Positions 60,149 to 64,000 of a DNA stretch of 64,000 nucleotides are shown piece by piece. The stretch lies in assembly GCA_963785305.1 (NCBI GenBank), contig CAWAUV010000009.1, positions 192,001 through 256,000 of the forward strand, in the 5' to 3' direction. The notes beneath the pieces are model-generated. The model had not been told where the DNA came from, did no database searches, and saw only the letters and a program-made list of their open reading frames with translations. Positions within the stretch are counted from its first letter, which is position 1; each line of letters starts with the position of its first letter. Source of the DNA: an uncultured Planctomycetaceae bacterium. GTDB lineage: Bacteria > Planctomycetota > Planctomycetia > Pirellulales > PALSA-1355. The position numbers and the translations under genes were made by a program.

Positions 60149-60233
60149 GAAATCTCTGCCTTAGAAGAAAAAACAGATCGACTTTCGCCCGGGCCACGGC
60201 TGCGGACCCGCAATGCCCTGGCCCCGCCCCGCC

Positions 60234-60998
60234 TCAAACACGCACCGCGGCGCCGGCGTCGACCGTGAGCGTTTCTCCTTGAATCATATCGCTCAGCTCG
60301 CTCGAGAGAAACGCAACGGCGTCGGCCACATCGTCGGCGGTGAGCACGCGATCGCCGACCATGGATCGCGCTTTGCGACCCTCGAACATCGCCGCGGCGC
60401 CGGGGAGCCGGGCCGTGGAATCGGTCTCGACAAGGCCGGCCTTGACGATGTTGAAGTTGATATTGCGCACCACGAGTTCGAGTCCCAAGTGCCTGACCAG
60501 CGATTCGAGCGCCGCTTTGCTGGCGCCGATCGTGCCATACATCGGCAGCGCCATGTGCGAGCCGTGGCTCGATATCGCCACCACCTTCGCCCGCCGCTCG
60601 CGGTCGGCCAAGAGGTCGATCGAAGACTTCACCAAATACAAAAGGGCCCGCACATTGGTTTGCATCGCGGCGTCGAAATTGCGATCCGAAGTATCGAGCA
60701 ACGCGCGAAATCCTCCGGTGGCGGCGTTGGACACCACGATGTCGAGCCGGCCGAATTCGCGCCGCACGCAGTCGATGAGGTCCTCGACATCCTCGCGCTC
60801 GGTGACATCGGCTTTCGCCACAAGCACATTTCGCCCCAACGCGCGAATCTGCTCGGCGACCTCGAGCGCCGCAGCGCGCGAGGCGACATAGTTCACCACC
60901 ACATCGGCGCCAGCCGCCGCCAAGCGCAATGCGCAAGCGCGGCCAATGCCGCGCAAACTGCCCGTGACCAAGGCCACGTTTCCGGTGAGGTCGATCAT
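60234..60998 (-). CDS. SDR oxidoreductase, FabL-like enoyl-ACP reductase
   Basis: TGSLRGIG, SNAATGGFR and YGTIGASKAALESLVRHL. The Y-x6-K spacing matches FabI/FabL rather than the YxxxK of FabG. Confidence 0.8.
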   Translation of the reverse strand: MIDLTGNVALVTGSLRGIGRACALRLAAAGADVVVNYVASRAAALEVAEQIRALGRNVLVAKADVTEREDVEDLIDCVRREFGRLDIVVSNAATGGFRALLDTSDRNFDAAMQTNVRALLYLVKSSIDLLADRERRAKVVAISSHGSHMALPMYGTIGASKAALESLVRHLGLELVVRNINFNIVKAGLVETDSTARLPGAAAMFEGRKARSMVGDRVLTADDVADAVAFLSSELSDMIQGETLTVDAGAAVRV

Positions 60999-61084
60999 CG
61001 CTCTAAGGTTCCGTCAGGGGGATCGTGAAAAATAAAACGGCGGACATCAAGCGGCGGCTCCGGCGGCCGCCAGCGTGTCAAGGA

Positions 61085-64000
61085 CTACGTCGGGCCACCT
61101 TCGATACGCATCATGGCAAAGTCGGTCGCCGAGAGAATCAGCCGAGAATCCTCGCCGATCAACTGAAAATCGTAATGCGTCAGATCGCGCTCGACGCCGC
61201 GCACCGAGAACTGCATTTGACACGTCTCCGACTCGCCGGCGCCGCGAACAGCCGCAATCGCCCAATGCGACGCGGAATCTCGACCCGTTGCTCGAGCATG
61301 AAATACGAATATGTGCCGCAAGCCACCATGCAACCATCGATGAGCGCCGAGGGCGTAAGCCAGCGCTCGCCGCGCCGCTTGCCGGCCAGTTCAAACCGCG
61401 GCGGGGCAGTTAGCCGCGCCAAGCCGCCCCCATGTTGGAACATCAGTTCGCCAAATGTGCGGAGCGACTTGCCATGATGCAGCACTGCCCAATCGTCGGG
61501 ATAGTAAAACTTGGTCCAGCCGAAGGGCGCCGACTTGATCTCAACCCGTGTGTCGGCCACTGGCGCGGTCGAAAATGCCACGCGGCCGGTGACGAGCCGC
61601 GATTGCGAGCCCGCGTCGTCGAGCGACAGCTCGCCTTCAACATTGCCGTCGTCAAGGGCCCGCGCTCCACAGCGGAACTGAACCGAACGATCCGAAAGGA
61701 ACGTATGCCCGTTGAGCAGATCGATATCGTCGAAGCCAACAAGCGCGTCGTCGGGCCGCAGGAGCACGGCGGCCTCGGCCAGCATCTCGATCGAGACCAC
61801 GGCCGGCAGCAGCGGACGGCGATGCAGCTTGTGTTCCAGGAGAAACACATCGGTCGCCGGATGGAGCGTCGTGCGCGCGACGATTCCCACCCCGCCCGCT
61901 TGCAACTCGGCGCTGTCGAGCAGCGGAAAATCGGTCGTGGGCAACTCGCGCGAAGCGGTCTCCGGCGCGCGCAGCCTCGTCGCTCTCGTCGGCGGAGCGC
62001 GGCGAACCGTCGCTCTCGGCGGCGGCAGCGTCGGAGGATGCGCCCGCGCTTGCCACGCGTTCCACCAGGCAAACACGCTTTCGGGCAGCACTTCGGCGCC
62101 CGCGGCCAGTTCGCGCAGTTGCGCAAGCGAATCGATCGCGGCCAGCGGAGCAAGTTCCTTGGGAATCGCGGCGAGCCAAGAGTCGGAATCGTGGCCGTGC
62201 GCGTCGCTCCAGGCCTCGATCGCCTGACGGAGCGCCTTCCGCACTCGGCGCCCGAGCGCGAAGCTCGCGGAACCGGTGGAGCGAGGTTCGACATGCGTCG
62301 GTGGAGCGTCTTCGCCGGGGGCCAGGTTCGACCTGTCGGTCTGGGCAGGAGTTCGCGCGAGCGAGGCGGGCTTCCGATCCACCTCCGACATTGTGGGATG
62401 CGAGGCATAGAGCCCCGGATGGTCGAGCACGAGCACTTCGGCATGTTGTCCGACATGCAGCAGCTCGTCGATCAAGTGATCCACGCCTTCGGCCGATGGC
62501 ATGAAGACGAGGCCCATTTTCTGAAGCGCGAATTTGCTCTCGGGCCGAGCAGCCATGCCCACATCGCCCCAGGCGCTCCAGTCGAGGCAAACCGCGCCGC
62601 ACTGGGGATGCAGCCCGCGATAGCGAGCCACCGCACCGGCTAGCAAGGCATTGGCCAGCGAATAGTCGGCTTGTCCGAGTCCCCCGAATCGGCCGCTGGT
62701 CGAGGTGAAGCCAATGAAGTGACGCGGAGGCTCGTCGCCCAAAGCTTCCATCAACGCCAAGGCGCCCTCGACCTTGGCGCCGATCGAGCGGCGAAGCGAG
62801 ATCTCGGTCTTCTTGGGGAATTTGCAGGCCTGCTCGACCCCGGCGCCGTGAACGACGCCATCGATCGGGCCATGCTCGTCGCGAATTTGCGCGACCATCG
62901 CGGCGATCGCCTGCCGGTCCGCGACATCGCAAGCGTGATACGTCGCGCGAATGCCGAGCGCCTCGCACCGAGCCAGCGATTGGGCGATCTCCCATTCGCG
63001 CTCGCAGCGGGCCCAAGCCTCGGCCGGGCGCTCGCCGCTCGCCCGCGCCTTGCGCAACACTCCCGGCTTGAGCTTCTGCAAGTCCTCGGCCGCGAGTCCC
63101 GGGCGACAATGCTCGCCCCGGGGCGCCGGACTGCTGCCAACCGAGATGCAAGTCGATTCCAAACCGCTGGCCAAGCTCGCGGGCCACGAGCGCCGTCACA
63201 CCGCGAGCGCCGCCAGTGACGATCCATTGACCGCCCCGCTCGATGCGACCGACAGGCAATGTCGACGCGGGCTGCCGGATCGCCCGCGGTTCGTGGCGAA
63301 GGCCCGTCGCGTCGTAGGCGCATTCGACCCACGGCGTTTCGCGGCCAAGTTCGGCAAGAAAATCGGCCGCCCGTCGCTTGGGCGAATAATCATCGGCGAA
63401 GTCGACGGCGCGAATCTTCACCGCGCCGCCACTTTCGACTCCAATCGCTTTGAGCAGCCCCAAGAGTCCGGCGCCTTCGACCGCGCCGCTCTCGCCCGCA
63501 AGTCCCAAGCCGCCGAGCGAAAGCATCGCCGAGAGCGTGGGCGATGAAAGCGAGGGCGCCTTAGCGGCCCCGCGAAGAACCGATTTTGGCTTGGCCGCCC
63601 GAGATTGGGTCGCCCGAGAATCGGTCGCGATCAACTCGAACCAACGCTGGCATGCGAAAAACGGGGCAACGAGCCCGCGGTCGCGGCGCGATTCCCAGGC
63701 GTCGGCCTCGGGCAGCGCGGACCACGGCTCGCGCGGACTGGCGAGCGCCAAATGCATAAACGGCGCGTCGCCCCAAGCCTGATCGATCGCCGCCCGAGCC
63801 GATTCCGCCGAATCGCCAAGCTCGATCGACACAGCGTCGACGCCGAGCGCCGCGAGTTCCTGGGCCAACGCATCGGCAAACGGCGACTTCGCCCGCTACG
63901 ACCAACCGCTCGCCGAGCAACGCGCGGGCGGACAGCTCGCCCGGGGCTGAACTTGCGGGACTGGGCACGAGTTCGATAACAAATCGCTCCATCACACGGT
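61085..64000 (-). CDS. C-terminal KR-DH part of a PfaA/Pfa2-like iterative type I PKS/FAS (5' end outside the window; frameshifts)
   Basis: KR: WIVTGGARGVTA, CDVAD, GVVHGAGV and FTSTSGRFGGLGQADYSLAN. DH: FLLEHKLHRRPLLPAVVSIE and LIDGC. Stop at 61085. Confidence 0.88.

Overview
GC-rich bacterial chromosome segment, very probably a planctomycete (Pirellulales-like). The assignment rests on lineage-typical genes: a YTV-repeat protein, DUF1598, DUF1549/DUF1553 plus DUF1501, a giant CxxCH heme-binding dehydrogenase-like protein and an FGly sulfatase. About 40 genes are recognisable. Core genes include dnaE, ribBA, mqnC, rsmD, a cyclophilin and an lplA-like ligase. Roughly half the genes are split by 1-2 nt indels, which looks like long-read consensus error rather than real pseudogenisation. 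No rRNA, tRNA, CRISPR or transposase was seen. Main points of interest: (1) a tightly coupled minus-strand cluster at 50.9-64 kb with a PfaA-like KR-DH PKS end, a FabL-like reductase, a LolD/MacB-type ABC system, two unknown exported proteins and an HHxxxDG acyltransferase, suggesting an uncharacterised lipid synthesis, export and acylation system; (2) a 186-bp-period array of five palindromic REP/MITE-like elements between the DUF1553 and DUF1501 genes; (3) two tandem DUF1598 genes identical over about 1.3 kb but with diverged N-termini; (4) a DisA_N/DAC nucleotide-cyclase-like gene followed by a lower-GC two-TM gene; (5) an SGNH-propeller-HEAT-PA14-cupredoxin-cytochrome c fusion next to a sulfatase. 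All family assignments are by motif recognition; no database search was run.
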